Positions 1-9,293 of a stretch of DNA of 64,000 bases are shown here, piece after piece. The notes beneath the pieces are model-generated. The model had not been told where the DNA came from and did not search any database. It saw only the letters and a list, made by a program, of their open reading frames with translations. The position numbers and the translations under genes are program-made. Numbering within the stretch: the first letter of the stretch is position 1; every line of letters begins with the position of its first letter. The stretch is from an uncultured Lichenihabitans sp. GTDB taxonomy: Bacteria; Pseudomonadota; Alphaproteobacteria; Rhizobiales; Beijerinckiaceae. The stretch spans positions 9,882 to 73,881 of the forward strand of contig CAXTFJ010000005.1 in NCBI GenBank assembly GCA_964243405.1. Direction: 5' to 3'.

Positions 1-551
1 TGCGGCAGCAACGCCGCCAGCTCCGTCGCATCGCTGGCCACCCGGATGCCGCGGCCTCCGCCGCCGGCCGCGGCCTTGATCATCACGGGATAGCCGATAG
101 CCGCCGCGAAACTCGGAGCCGTTTCGAAATCCTCCAGCACGCCGTCGCTACCGGGCACCACGGGCACCCCGGCCGCGACCGCGGCCGTCTTGGCGGCGGC
201 CTTGTCCCCCATGGTGCGAATGGTTCCGGGCGTCGGGCCGATGAACACCAGCCCCGCGTTCTCGACCGCCTGGGCGAAACCGGCGTTCTCTGCCAGGAAC
301 CCGTAGCCGGGGTGGACGGCGTCGGCGCCGCTCTCCACTGCCGCGCGCAGGATCGCCTCGACGTTCAGGTAGGACTTGGAGGCCTGCGGCGGCCCGATCT
401 CGATCGCCGCATCCGCGAGTTTGACGGCCAGCATGTCGGCGTCCGCCCCGCTGTAGACCTGCACGGCGCGGCAACCGAGCGCGTGCGCGGCGCGGATGAT
501 GCGGACCGCGATCTCCCCCCTGTTCGCGATGAGGATGGTTTGCAGCGGCAC
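1..551 (-). CDS. Biotin carboxylase (ACC/urea-carboxylase-type BC subunit), N-terminal part; runs off the window edge
   Basis: Manual translation from GTG 551: MPLQTILIANRGEIAVRII...HPGYGFLAENA...MGDK...YPVMIKAAAGGGGRG, all hallmark BC motifs. Confidence 0.93.
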   Translation of the reverse strand, partial: MPLQTILIANRGEIAVRIIRAAHALGCRAVQVYSGADADMLAVKLADAAIEIGPPQASKSYLNVEAILRAAVESGADAVHPGYGFLAENAGFAQAVENAGLVFIGPTPGTIRTMGDKAAAKTAAVAAGVPVVPGSDGVLEDFETAPSFAAAIGYPVMIKAAAGGGGRGIRVASDATELAALLP

Positions 552-556
552 GGCTG

Positions 557-799
557 TCAGGTCTCGATGTCGACCAGCGGCTGCCCCGCCATCACGGCGT
601 CCTCGTCCTCGACGTGAAACCGGACGACGCGCCCCGCCACCTCGGCGGCCACCGCCGTGAAGGACTTCATCACTTCCACGAGCCCGAGCGTGTCGCCCAC
701 CGCCACGGCGTCGCCCACCTCCTTGAACACCGGCTGGTCGGGCGCGGGCCTGCGATAGAAGGTGCCGGGGAGCGGGCAGGGCAGCGTGGTCGTCGGCAT
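557..799 (-). CDS. Biotin carboxyl carrier protein (short, lipoyl/biotinyl domain only)
   Basis: MPTTTLPCPLPGTFYRRPAP...GLVEVMKSF; the E-x-M-K biotinylation motif is present. ATG 799 chosen over the longer ORF call. Confidence 0.92.
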   Translation of the reverse strand: MPTTTLPCPLPGTFYRRPAPDQPVFKEVGDAVAVGDTLGLVEVMKSFTAVAAEVAGRVVRFHVEDEDAVMAGQPLVDIET

Positions 800-912
800 G
801 GAGGCTCCGGATGCAGCGCCGCCGCCCCTGCAGGGTTCGTGCCGCCGACCGGGCGCTCGCGACCGGTCCCGTTCTTGCCTGATCCCGGCCAAACGCGCGG
901 AAAGGGGTGGCG

Positions 913-1635
913 ATGACGGTCTCGATCAACTGCGACATGGGCGAAGGCTACGGCCTGTTCAGGATCGGCGACGATGAGGGCATCATGCCGTTCATCACCA
1001 TCGCCAACGTGGCCTGCGGCTTCCACGCCTCCGACCCGAGCGTCATGCACCGCACCGTGCGGCTCGCCAAGCGGCACGGCGTCAAGGTCGGCGCCCACCC
1101 CTCCTTCCCCGACCTCCAGGGCTTCGGGCGCCGCGAGATGAAGATGGGGCGGGACGAACTCGTCGACTGCATCGTCTACCAGGTGGGCGCCCTGAAAGCC
1201 TTCCTGGACCTCGAAGGTTTGGCCCTGAACCACGTCAAGCCGCACGGCGCCCTTTACGGGGTCGCGAGCCGCGACGCCGAGGTCGCGGAGGCGGTCGCGG
1301 AAGCCGTGGCGGTCTTCGAGGTCCCGGTGCTCGGCATGGCGGGCACGGTCCACGAAACCGTCTACGCCGCCAAGGGCCTGACCTTCATCCCCGAATATTA
1401 CACGGACCTCGACTACACGGACGAGGGACGCCTGATCATCACCCGCGAGCACGAGGCCAAGGACCCCGTCGAGGCCGCGCGGCGTGCCGTGCGGGTCGCG
1501 ACGGACGGGCTCGCGACCTCGGTCGGCGGGCGCGAGTTCCCGGTCCGGGCGGAATGTTTCTGCATCCATTCCGACACCCCGAACGCGGTGGCGCTGGCGC
1601 GGGCCGTGAAGGACGCGCTGCAGCCCTGGATGTGA
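913..1635 (+). CDS. pxpA: 5-oxoprolinase subunit A / LamB-YcsF family
   Basis: INCDMGEGYG, ANVACGFHASDP, GAHPSFPD, HVKPHGALY and CIHSDTP motifs; AAAGGGG RBS before ATG 913. Confidence 0.93.
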   Translation: MTVSINCDMGEGYGLFRIGDDEGIMPFITIANVACGFHASDPSVMHRTVRLAKRHGVKVGAHPSFPDLQGFGRREMKMGRDELVDCIVYQVGALKAFLDLEGLALNHVKPHGALYGVASRDAEVAEAVAEAVAVFEVPVLGMAGTVHETVYAAKGLTFIPEYYTDLDYTDEGRLIITREHEAKDPVEAARRAVRVATDGLATSVGGREFPVRAECFCIHSDTPNAVALARAVKDALQPWM

Positions 1636-1638
1636 CGG

Positions 1639-2340
1639 TCAGCCGTTCAGGATCGCGAAGGCACGCACGGGTGAGCCCGAGCCTCCCTTGACCTTGAGCG
1701 GGACGCCGAAGAACTGGAACTCCCCCGCGCCGAGCAGGGCTTCGAGGTTCACCAGCCATTCCCAATGGCTCATGCCGAGGTCGCGGCACAGGCGGTGCTG
1801 GGCGAAGATGTCGTCGGTGGGCTTGTCGGTGGACGGCCCCTCGACGCCTTGCATGCGCGAGCCTCGGTCGTGGAGCCAGCGCGTTGCCTCGACCGTGAGG
1901 CCCGGGTTCTTCCACACGGAGTCGAGCGAGGGATAGGTCCGGGCGTGGAACCCCGTGCACAGCAGCACGATGTGGCCGTCCACCTTGAGGCCGGCGCGCT
2001 CCTCCGCGGCTTCCATGTGGGTCGCCGTGATGTCGCCGAGGTCGGGCACGTGGCGCAGGTCGAAACAGACCGCCTTGCCGAAGAACAGGTCGAGCGGCAT
2101 CTGGTCGACGGGCGCGCCGTCCGGCCCGGTGTGGCGGAACGCATCCACGTGGGTGCCGACGTGGTCGAGCATGGCCAGGAAATTGGTTTGGAACGTCATC
2201 GGGTCGCCCGGAACCCCCAGCCCCAGGGCCCGGCTGTTCTCGTGCGTCAGGTGCTCCGTGATGACCGGGCGCTGAAACAGCTTGTGGGCCGGCATGTTGT
2301 CTTCGAGGGTCAGGCTGAGGTCGATCACCCGTTGCGGCAT
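1639..2340 (-). CDS. Cyclase family metal hydrolase (kynurenine formamidase-like)
   Basis: IDLS N-terminus, HVGTHVDAFRH (HxGTHxDxxxH), E-x-LxNL and GGSGSPVRAFA. Confidence 0.92.
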   Translation of the reverse strand: MPQRVIDLSLTLEDNMPAHKLFQRPVITEHLTHENSRALGLGVPGDPMTFQTNFLAMLDHVGTHVDAFRHTGPDGAPVDQMPLDLFFGKAVCFDLRHVPDLGDITATHMEAAEERAGLKVDGHIVLLCTGFHARTYPSLDSVWKNPGLTVEATRWLHDRGSRMQGVEGPSTDKPTDDIFAQHRLCRDLGMSHWEWLVNLEALLGAGEFQFFGVPLKVKGGSGSPVRAFAILNG

Positions 2341-2371
2341 GCACAGCTCCTCAAGAAGGCGACCCGGGACC

Positions 2372-3400
2372 TCATACGGCCGTCAGATAGGGCGCGAAAC
2401 TGCGCGGCCGCTCGATGATGGCCACGATCTTGAGCTGCGCGATGGAGCGCTTGCAGGCGGCCGCGAGGTGGTCGCGCCACCATTCCGCGGCGGCCCGCGC
2501 CGACCCGTTCAACAGCAGGTCGATGGCGATCCGCAGTTCGGACACGGCGGTCTCGTCGTGCGGCAGGCCGAGGCGGTCGAGCGAGCGGGCAACCGCTTCG
2601 AGCGGCATAAGGTTGTGCCCGATCGCGTCTGCCAGGGCCTCGTTGCGGGTGCCCAGGACGCAGATTTCAAGGAAGTCGCGGAACAGCGAGGGCGCGTCCA
2701 CGCCGGGGTCGCCGTCGTGCCCCTCGGCACCGGACGCCCGGTCGCGCAGTTCGAGCAGCCTGGAGCGATCGATCGACGGCGCGGCCTCGGCCAGGGCCGC
2801 GGGTTCGAGGACGGCGCGCAAGGCGTAGCGGTCCTTGATGATCTTCGCGGTGAGGGGGCCGGCGATCCAGCGCGCCTGGAGCTTGCGCAGCAGCCCGCGC
2901 TCCTGCAACCGCCCCAGCACGTCGCGCACGACGGTTCGGCTGACCCTGTAGTGTTCGGCCAGTTCCGCCTCGACGATGCGGAACTGGCCGAACACGACGC
3001 AGCCCGCCACCTCGGCTTCCACGTCCGCCGCGATGCGTTCCCATGAGCCGCGCGCTTGCAGCGCCTCGTCGACGTCGTCGGACACGAGTAGGCCGAGCTC
3101 GCGCAGATCCGTCCTGATCGGCCGCAGTCCCGCCCCGGGCTGCCCCACGAGGAAGCCGCGGCCGTCGAACCGGTGGACCAGCTTGTCGCCTTCGAGGCGC
3201 CGCAAAGCCTTCTGGACGGGCGCGCGGCTGGTCTGCAGCAGGCCCGCGAGCGGCATTTCCAGCAGCACCAGGCCGCGGGGGAACCGGCCCTGCTGGATGT
3301 TGGCGCGCAGCACCCGGTGGACGAGCTCGTGTCGCTTCTCGAAACGCACTTCGGCGCCGGCGGCGCGATCCAGGACATCCGAAGGGGGGTCGTGCCGCAT
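2372..3400 (-). CDS. GntR-family regulator with two tandem wHTH domains plus FCD domain
   Basis: HTH1 ...LLQTSRAPVQKALRRLEGDKLV...GRGFLV; HTH2 ...EAELAEHYRVSRTVVRDVLGRLQERGLL; FCD-like C-terminus. Confidence 0.88.
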   Translation of the reverse strand: MRHDPPSDVLDRAAGAEVRFEKRHELVHRVLRANIQQGRFPRGLVLLEMPLAGLLQTSRAPVQKALRRLEGDKLVHRFDGRGFLVGQPGAGLRPIRTDLRELGLLVSDDVDEALQARGSWERIAADVEAEVAGCVVFGQFRIVEAELAEHYRVSRTVVRDVLGRLQERGLLRKLQARWIAGPLTAKIIKDRYALRAVLEPAALAEAAPSIDRSRLLELRDRASGAEGHDGDPGVDAPSLFRDFLEICVLGTRNEALADAIGHNLMPLEAVARSLDRLGLPHDETAVSELRIAIDLLLNGSARAAAEWWRDHLAAACKRSIAQLKIVAIIERPRSFAPYLTAV

Positions 3401-3638
3401 GCGTCAGGAACGTCGTTTGTGTGCAGTCGTATTGAACACTATGGCCGGATGTGCCTTGCAGGCAAGAATAAGGTTCAAACAAATCCTGTGCAGAATGCCG
3501 TGCCTTTGGGCGGCGGGCGCCCACTAGATGGCCTTGCGTACAAAAGACGTTGTTTCTAGGCTAGCGGACGTTCGGCTTCCAGTCGGTGGGCAGCGCTTGC
3601 GGTCAGCCACCAATCGTTTCGATGCAGGCTCCAGCGCC

Positions 3639-4721
3639 GTGTTGCGCATCGAGGGCGTGTCGAAGAGCTACGGGCCCAAGCTCGCGCTCGACGACGTCAC
3701 GTTGAGCTTGGCGGACGATTGCTACGTGGCTCTCCTGGGATCGAGCGGCTCGGGCAAGACCGTCCTGCTGCGCGCCATTGCGGGCTTCGAAACGCTCGAC
3801 CGGGGTAGCGTGATGCTGAGGGGGCAGCCGCTGGCGAGCGTCCCCGCGCACCGGCGCAGCATCGGCTTCGTGTTCCAGAACTTCGCGCTGTTTCCGCACC
3901 TGTCGGTAGAGCAGAACATCGGCTTCGGGCTGCGCAACCGGGCCGAGGGGGCCTTGGCGCCAAAGGTGGTCGCCGACAGGGTCCGGGCCATGGTCCAGCT
4001 GGTGGGCCTCGCGGGATTGGAATCGCGGGCCGTGACGCAGATCTCCGGCGGCCAGCGCCAGCGCGTAGCCCTCGCCCGCACGCTCGTGACCGAACCCCGG
4101 CTGGTTCTGCTCGACGAGCCCCTGGGCGCGCTCGACGCCAACCTCCGCACCCGGATGTGCGGCGAGCTCCGCCGCATCCGCGAGAGGCTCGGCGTGACCT
4201 TCCTTCACGTGACGGGCAGCGAAACCGAGGCTCTCGCGATGGGCGACGAGGTGGTCGTGCTCGACGAAGGCCGGATCGCCCAGGTCGACGCGCCCGACGT
4301 CGTCTACGGACGGCCCGCGGATGCGCGCGTGGCGCGGTTCCTCAACTGCTACAACCTGTTCAGGGGCCGTTCCGGACCGACGGGTTTCGAAGCCGAAGGG
4401 GCCGTGCTGCCCGTCCCCACGGGTCGTGGCGGGTCGAATGAGGCCGTCTACGCGGTGCGCCGCGACCTCATCCTGGTCCGCGACCCCGCCGCGGCCGCGG
4501 CCCCCGACGAAGGGCGGATCGCGGCCGAGTTCGTGACGAGCGAATATTCCGGTCCGTCCGTCACCTCCTTCTTCCGCCTCCCAAGCGGCGCGATCGTCAC
4601 GGTGGACGACCACCTGAGCCACCGCGCCGTGCCCTCGTTCGAGCCCGGGCACCGCTACGACCTGGCGTGGAAGCGGGACGACGCCCTCGTGCTCGGCTCG
4701 GGCCGCGAGCGGCGCGCATGA
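3639..4721 (+). CDS. ABC transporter ATP-binding protein (PotA/MalK-like) with atypical H-loop
   Basis: GSSGSGKT, VFQNFALFPH, ISGGQRQR and LLDEP present; H-loop reads VTGSE. Start uncertain (GTG 3639 preferred; ORF open from 3528). Confidence 0.9.
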   Translation: MLRIEGVSKSYGPKLALDDVTLSLADDCYVALLGSSGSGKTVLLRAIAGFETLDRGSVMLRGQPLASVPAHRRSIGFVFQNFALFPHLSVEQNIGFGLRNRAEGALAPKVVADRVRAMVQLVGLAGLESRAVTQISGGQRQRVALARTLVTEPRLVLLDEPLGALDANLRTRMCGELRRIRERLGVTFLHVTGSETEALAMGDEVVVLDEGRIAQVDAPDVVYGRPADARVARFLNCYNLFRGRSGPTGFEAEGAVLPVPTGRGGSNEAVYAVRRDLILVRDPAAAAAPDEGRIAAEFVTSEYSGPSVTSFFRLPSGAIVTVDDHLSHRAVPSFEPGHRYDLAWKRDDALVLGSGRERRA

Positions 4722-5620
4722 CAGCGATCAGCGACACCGCCCTCGCGACCCCGGTTGCGAGCGCTCCCGCGGTCCGCGGCAACGCCACGCCCTATTGGCT
4801 CATCGCCCCGGGCGTCCTGTGGATGCTCCTGTTCCTCGTCCTGCCCATCGCGATGATGGTCTACGTGTCGTTCTGGACGCAGACGACGTTCAGGATCCAG
4901 CCGATCCTCACCACCAAGAGCTGGCAGACCTTCTTCAGCAGCCCGACCTACCTGGGTGCGCTGTGGACGACGGTCCGCATCTGGCTGACGGTGCTCGCCG
5001 CCACGGTGGTGGTGGGCTACCCGACCGCGCTGTTCGTCGGCCTCCTGGTCCGCAACAAGACGGTCGCGACCGCCCTGCTGGTGCTGTGCGTCATCCCGTT
5101 CTGGACGTCCTTCCTCATCCGCGTGCTCGCCTGGCGCCCGATGCTGGGCGAGCAGGGCGCGATCAACATCATCCTGCAAGACCTTCACCTGATCTCGCAG
5201 CCGATCAGCGCGCTGCTGTTCACGGAACTGTCGGTGGTGATCGGCATGACGCAGATCTACTGCGTCTTCATGGTGGGGCCGATCGCCTTCACCCTGGGCC
5301 GCATCGATCCCAACGTCATCGAGGCGGCCCAGGACCTCGGCGCCAGCTTCTGGCGCATCTTCCGGACAATCATCTTCCCGCTCAGCCTGCCGGGTGTGGT
5401 CACCGGCGCCATCTTCGTGTCGGTGATGGTCTTGGGAGAGTTCGCCACCGCCGCGGCGCTATCGGGCCGCAAGGTCAACCTGCTGGGCAACATCATCGTG
5501 ACGCAGGTGGGCTCGCTCAAATGGGCCTTCGCGGCCGTGGTGGGCGTGGTGCTGACGCTGGTGATGGGCGCGGTCGTGGCGGGCCTGCTCCGGCTCGTCG
5601 ACCTCAGGCGGGAGCTCTAG
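4718..5620 (+). CDS. ABC permease (PotB-like)
   Basis: Multiple TM segments and EAAQDLGA EAA loop; ATGA overlap with the upstream gene. Confidence 0.92.
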   Translation: MTAISDTALATPVASAPAVRGNATPYWLIAPGVLWMLLFLVLPIAMMVYVSFWTQTTFRIQPILTTKSWQTFFSSPTYLGALWTTVRIWLTVLAATVVVGYPTALFVGLLVRNKTVATALLVLCVIPFWTSFLIRVLAWRPMLGEQGAINIILQDLHLISQPISALLFTELSVVIGMTQIYCVFMVGPIAFTLGRIDPNVIEAAQDLGASFWRIFRTIIFPLSLPGVVTGAIFVSVMVLGEFATAAALSGRKVNLLGNIIVTQVGSLKWAFAAVVGVVLTLVMGAVVAGLLRLVDLRREL

Positions 5621-5625
5621 CGCCA

Positions 5626-6471
5626 ATGCGCGCCCCGGCCCTAAAACCCGCCCTCGCGGTCTACACCGCCCTGTTCCTGCTGTTCCTCTACGGCCCGATG
5701 CTGGTGCTCGCCATCCTGTCGTTCCAGACGGGACCCGAGGGCGGACCGCAATTCCCCATCGTCGAATGGTCGACCTACTGGTACCGCGACCTGTTCGGCC
5801 TCAACCCGCCCTCGCGCATCGCGCCCCTGCCGATCCGGGACGGGCTGTTCCGGTCGCTGACGCTCGCGCTCGCCACGACGGTGGTCTCGACCACGCTGGG
5901 GGTGATGTCCGCCCAGGCCTTCCGCGAGCGGTTCAGGGGGTCGGGCGCAGTCTTCTACCTCATCGTGCTCGGCATGATGGTGCCCGGCGTGCTCGTGGGC
6001 CTCGGGACGGCGCTGCTCGCCAACACGTTGGGCATCGACCGCGCGTGGTGGAGCACGTCCTTCGTGCTCCACGTGGTCTACACCTACCCCTTCGCCTTCC
6101 TGGTCATGCTGGCGATCTTCAACCGCTTCGACCCGACGGTCGAGGAGGCCGCCTGGTCGCTCGGCGTCACGCCCCTGCGGACCTTCAGGACCGTGACGTT
6201 CCCCCTGATCTTCCCCGGCGTGCTGTCGGCGATGCTGTTCTGCTTCACGCTGTCCTACGACGAGTTCGCGCGCACGCTGTTCACGTCGGGCCGCGACCTG
6301 ACGCTGCCGTTGGCGATCTACGGCACGTTCTCGGTGGAGATCCACCCCAACATCTTCGCCTTCGGGGTCCTCACCACACTGTTCTCGCTGGCGCTGCTCG
6401 CCGTCTACGCGGCGCTGATGACGCTGTCGGTGCGGCGCGCCCGGCGCGTCCTGGTCCAGGAGGAGGCGTGA
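5626..6471 (+). CDS. ABC permease (PotC-like)
   Basis: TM segments, EEAAWSLG EAA loop, FTLSYDEF and TLPLAIY. Confidence 0.92.
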   Translation: MRAPALKPALAVYTALFLLFLYGPMLVLAILSFQTGPEGGPQFPIVEWSTYWYRDLFGLNPPSRIAPLPIRDGLFRSLTLALATTVVSTTLGVMSAQAFRERFRGSGAVFYLIVLGMMVPGVLVGLGTALLANTLGIDRAWWSTSFVLHVVYTYPFAFLVMLAIFNRFDPTVEEAAWSLGVTPLRTFRTVTFPLIFPGVLSAMLFCFTLSYDEFARTLFTSGRDLTLPLAIYGTFSVEIHPNIFAFGVLTTLFSLALLAVYAALMTLSVRRARRVLVQEEA

Positions 6472-7208
6472 TGGCCGTCAAGGGCGTGGCGATCGTCACG
6501 GGCGCGGGCTCTGGCATCGGGCTCGCCATCGCGGCGCGGCTCGCGCGCGACGGCTACGCGGTCGTGGTGAACGACCTCAGGCCCAAATCCGCCGAGGCCG
6601 CGGTGGCGGCGATCGTCGAGGCGGGCGGCTCGGCGGTCGCGGCACCGGGCGACGTGTCGCGCGAGGCGGACGTGGCCGCGATCGTGGCCGCGGCCGACGC
6701 GCTCGGGCCCTGCACCCTGCTCGCCAGCAACGCGGGCTTCGTCCACCAAGCCCGGTTCGTGGACCTCACGGCCGCCGATTGGGACCGGATGTTCGCGGTC
6801 CACGTACGCGGCGCCTTCCTGACCGCTCACGCGGTTCTGCCGGGCATGATCGCGCGGGGGCGCGGCAGCATCGTCTTCACAGCCTCCCAGCTGGGGCAGA
6901 TCGGCGGGGTCGAGCTCACCCATTACAGCGCCGCGAAGGCGGCCCTCATCGGACTCACCAAGTCGCTGGCGCGCGAGGTCAGCGCGCTCGGCGTGCGGGT
7001 CAACGCGGTCGCGCCCGGGCCCATCAACACGCCGCTGGTCAAGGACCTGTCGGAGGACTGGCGGCGCGCCAAGGCAGCCGAGCTGCCCCTGGGTCGCTTC
7101 GGCGAGCCCGAGGACGTGGCCGCCACCGTCGCGTTCCTGGCCTCCGACGAGGCTCGGATCTACGTGGGCCAGACGCTCGGCCCTAATTCCGGGGACGTGA
7201 TGCTGTGA
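6471..7208 (+). CDS. SDR oxidoreductase (FabG-like)
   Basis: TGAGSGIG, SNAG, YSAAK and VNAVAPG. Confidence 0.92.
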   Translation: MAVKGVAIVTGAGSGIGLAIAARLARDGYAVVVNDLRPKSAEAAVAAIVEAGGSAVAAPGDVSREADVAAIVAAADALGPCTLLASNAGFVHQARFVDLTAADWDRMFAVHVRGAFLTAHAVLPGMIARGRGSIVFTASQLGQIGGVELTHYSAAKAALIGLTKSLAREVSALGVRVNAVAPGPINTPLVKDLSEDWRRAKAAELPLGRFGEPEDVAATVAFLASDEARIYVGQTLGPNSGDVML

Positions 7209-7215
7209 GGGCGCC

Positions 7216-7968
7216 ATGCGGACGGTTCTGATCACGGGCGCGGGCATCGGCATCGGCCGGGCCACCGCGCAGGCCTTCGCCAAGGCGGGGTACCGGGTGA
7301 TCGTGACCGACATCCTGGAGCGCGACGGCGCGGAGGTGGCGGACGGCATCGGGGCCGAGGGCGGCACGGCCGAGTTCCACCCGCTCGACGTCAGCTCCAC
7401 CCTTGACGCGGACGCGCTCGTCGCGAAGGTCGAGGCGGCCCACGGGCCGCTCGACTGCATCGTGGCCAACGCCGGCATCGCGCACCGGGTGCCGCTCGAC
7501 CAGCTCACCGACGCCAAATGGGACCACACCTTCGAGGTCGACCTGAAAGGCATGCTGCGCGTCATCCGCCCGGCCGTGCCCGCCATGCGCCGCGCGGGCC
7601 GCGGCACGATCATCTGCCTGTCCTCCATCATGGGGGTGGCCTACGGCTGGGACGAGCACGTCGCCTATTCTTCCGCCAAAGCGGGCGTGGTGGGCCTCGT
7701 GCGGGGGCTCGCGGTGGAACTCGCGCGCTCGGGCCTTCGCGTGAACGGCATCGCGCCCGGCTACGTGCGGACCGCGCAGCTGCTGTCCGAGGAGCACTCG
7801 CTGGGGCCTGCGGGCGCGGAGGCGGCTCCCGCCTTCATTCCGATGGGTCGGCTCGGGGAGCCGGGCGACATCGCCGACGTGGCGCTGTTCCTGGCTTCCG
7901 ACGCCGCCCGCTACATGACGGGGCAAGTGATCGCGGTCGACGGCGGTCTGCTGGTCGGCCGGTACTGA
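7216..7968 (+). CDS. SDR oxidoreductase
   Basis: TGAGIGIG, ANAG, YSSAK and VNGIAPG. Confidence 0.92.
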   Translation: MRTVLITGAGIGIGRATAQAFAKAGYRVIVTDILERDGAEVADGIGAEGGTAEFHPLDVSSTLDADALVAKVEAAHGPLDCIVANAGIAHRVPLDQLTDAKWDHTFEVDLKGMLRVIRPAVPAMRRAGRGTIICLSSIMGVAYGWDEHVAYSSAKAGVVGLVRGLAVELARSGLRVNGIAPGYVRTAQLLSEEHSLGPAGAEAAPAFIPMGRLGEPGDIADVALFLASDAARYMTGQVIAVDGGLLVGRY

Positions 7969-7989
7969 AACGACAAAGGAGATCAGGCG

Positions 7990-9222
7990 ATGACAGACAG
8001 GCATTTCGACCGACGCACGCTTCTGAAAACCGGAGCAGGGGCCGCCGCGCTTGCGCTGGGCGGGGGCACGCCGCTTCTGTCCTCGCGCCGCGCCTACGCG
8101 GCCGCGAGCGCGGTCGGCAACGAGCAGCTCCGCACCATCGGCCTGTCGGTCACGGTGCAGGACCGTATCCTGGCCGATTTCAAGAAGGAATCGGGTGTCG
8201 GCTCGACCTCGGGCACCGCCGCGACCTTCCCGGACGCCCAGACCAAGATCCTGTCGGGCTCCAAGGATTACGATTGCTGGGAAACAATCGGCGAGCGCCT
8301 GCCCGCCGTGGTCCAGACCAACAACATCGACGCGCTGCCGGTGTCGGAGGTGAAGAACTGGGCCAACATCCGGGACACGTTCACCAAGGCCAATCCCAAG
8401 TGGGATTCCAAGGCGCAGATCACCGGCCAGATCTGGGCCGACGACGCCCATACGAAGCTGTGGATGGTGCCGGCCGTCTACAATTACGACTCGATCGGCT
8501 ACAACCCCGACAAGCTTTCCGCCGAGGAGGCCAACAGCTGGACGGCCATCTTCGACCCCAAATACAAGGGCCGGTCGGGCCTCAACACCGATCCGCTGAT
8601 CGCCTTCGGCCAGGCGATCCTGGCCATGACGTCGCTGAAGCTGCTCGACGCCAAGAACCCGGGCAACCCCACCAAGGAGGAGATCGAGGAAGGCGCCAAG
8701 TTCCTGATCTCCAAGAAGAAGGATGGCCAGTTCCGCGCCCTGTGGGGTGACTTCGGCGAGCTCGTCAACCTGCTGGCGTCGGGCGAGATGGTGGTGTGCG
8801 ACGCCTGGCAACCCGCCGTCATGGCCGTCAAGGCGCAGGGCAAAGCCTGCAAGTACGCGGTTCCGAAGGAAGGCTATCGCGCCTGGTCGATCGGCCCCTC
8901 GATGATCGCCGGCACGCCCAACAAGGACGCTGTGCTGGCCTACGCGGACTATTGGCTGTCGGGGCCGCCCGGCATCACCGTTTCGGAGCAGGGCTACTAC
9001 TCGCCCTCGACCAACATCCAGAAGGTGATGGACCCGGACCGATACGCCTTCTGGTACGAGGGCAAGCCCTGGAAGGGCGCCACCGACCGCGGCATCAAGG
9101 AAGGCGACCTGCGCGACGGCGGCTCGCTCCCCGAGCGCGCCGCCCACGTGGCCTACTGGCACCAGTGGCCGGACGAGTACGACATGCTCATCTCGAAGTG
9201 GGACGAGTTCCTCAACGCGTGA
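7990..9222 (+). CDS. ABC substrate-binding protein (PotD/PotF-like fold) with Tat signal
   Basis: DRRTLLK twin-arginine signal; SWTAIFDP and PKEGYRAW motifs; AAAGGA RBS. Confidence 0.9.
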   Translation: MTDRHFDRRTLLKTGAGAAALALGGGTPLLSSRRAYAAASAVGNEQLRTIGLSVTVQDRILADFKKESGVGSTSGTAATFPDAQTKILSGSKDYDCWETIGERLPAVVQTNNIDALPVSEVKNWANIRDTFTKANPKWDSKAQITGQIWADDAHTKLWMVPAVYNYDSIGYNPDKLSAEEANSWTAIFDPKYKGRSGLNTDPLIAFGQAILAMTSLKLLDAKNPGNPTKEEIEEGAKFLISKKKDGQFRALWGDFGELVNLLASGEMVVCDAWQPAVMAVKAQGKACKYAVPKEGYRAWSIGPSMIAGTPNKDAVLAYADYWLSGPPGITVSEQGYYSPSTNIQKVMDPDRYAFWYEGKPWKGATDRGIKEGDLRDGGSLPERAAHVAYWHQWPDEYDMLISKWDEFLNA

Positions 9223-9249
9223 CGGTTCTGCCCTGACGCCAGGGTGCCG

Positions 9250-9278
9250 CCCTTCTCCCGCGTCCCGTGGGAGAAGGG
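9250..9278. repeat. Perfect 10-bp inverted repeat (REP-like or mRNA-stabilising hairpin) after the SBP gene
   Basis: CCCTTCTCCC-N9-GGGAGAAGGG with no U-tract, between the SBP and ATPase genes. Confidence 0.6.
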
Positions 9279-9293
9279 AATTTGGAGCTTCCC

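Noticed and set aside
1-799. accB/accC of fatty-acid synthesis
   Set aside because: The BCCP is minimal and the context is PxpA/cyclase catabolic; gene symbols were withheld.
4795-7208. Long ORFs 4795..6471 and 5766..7208 as permease or SDR fusions
   Set aside because: These are open shadow frames caused by high GC; the true starts are 5626 and 6471.
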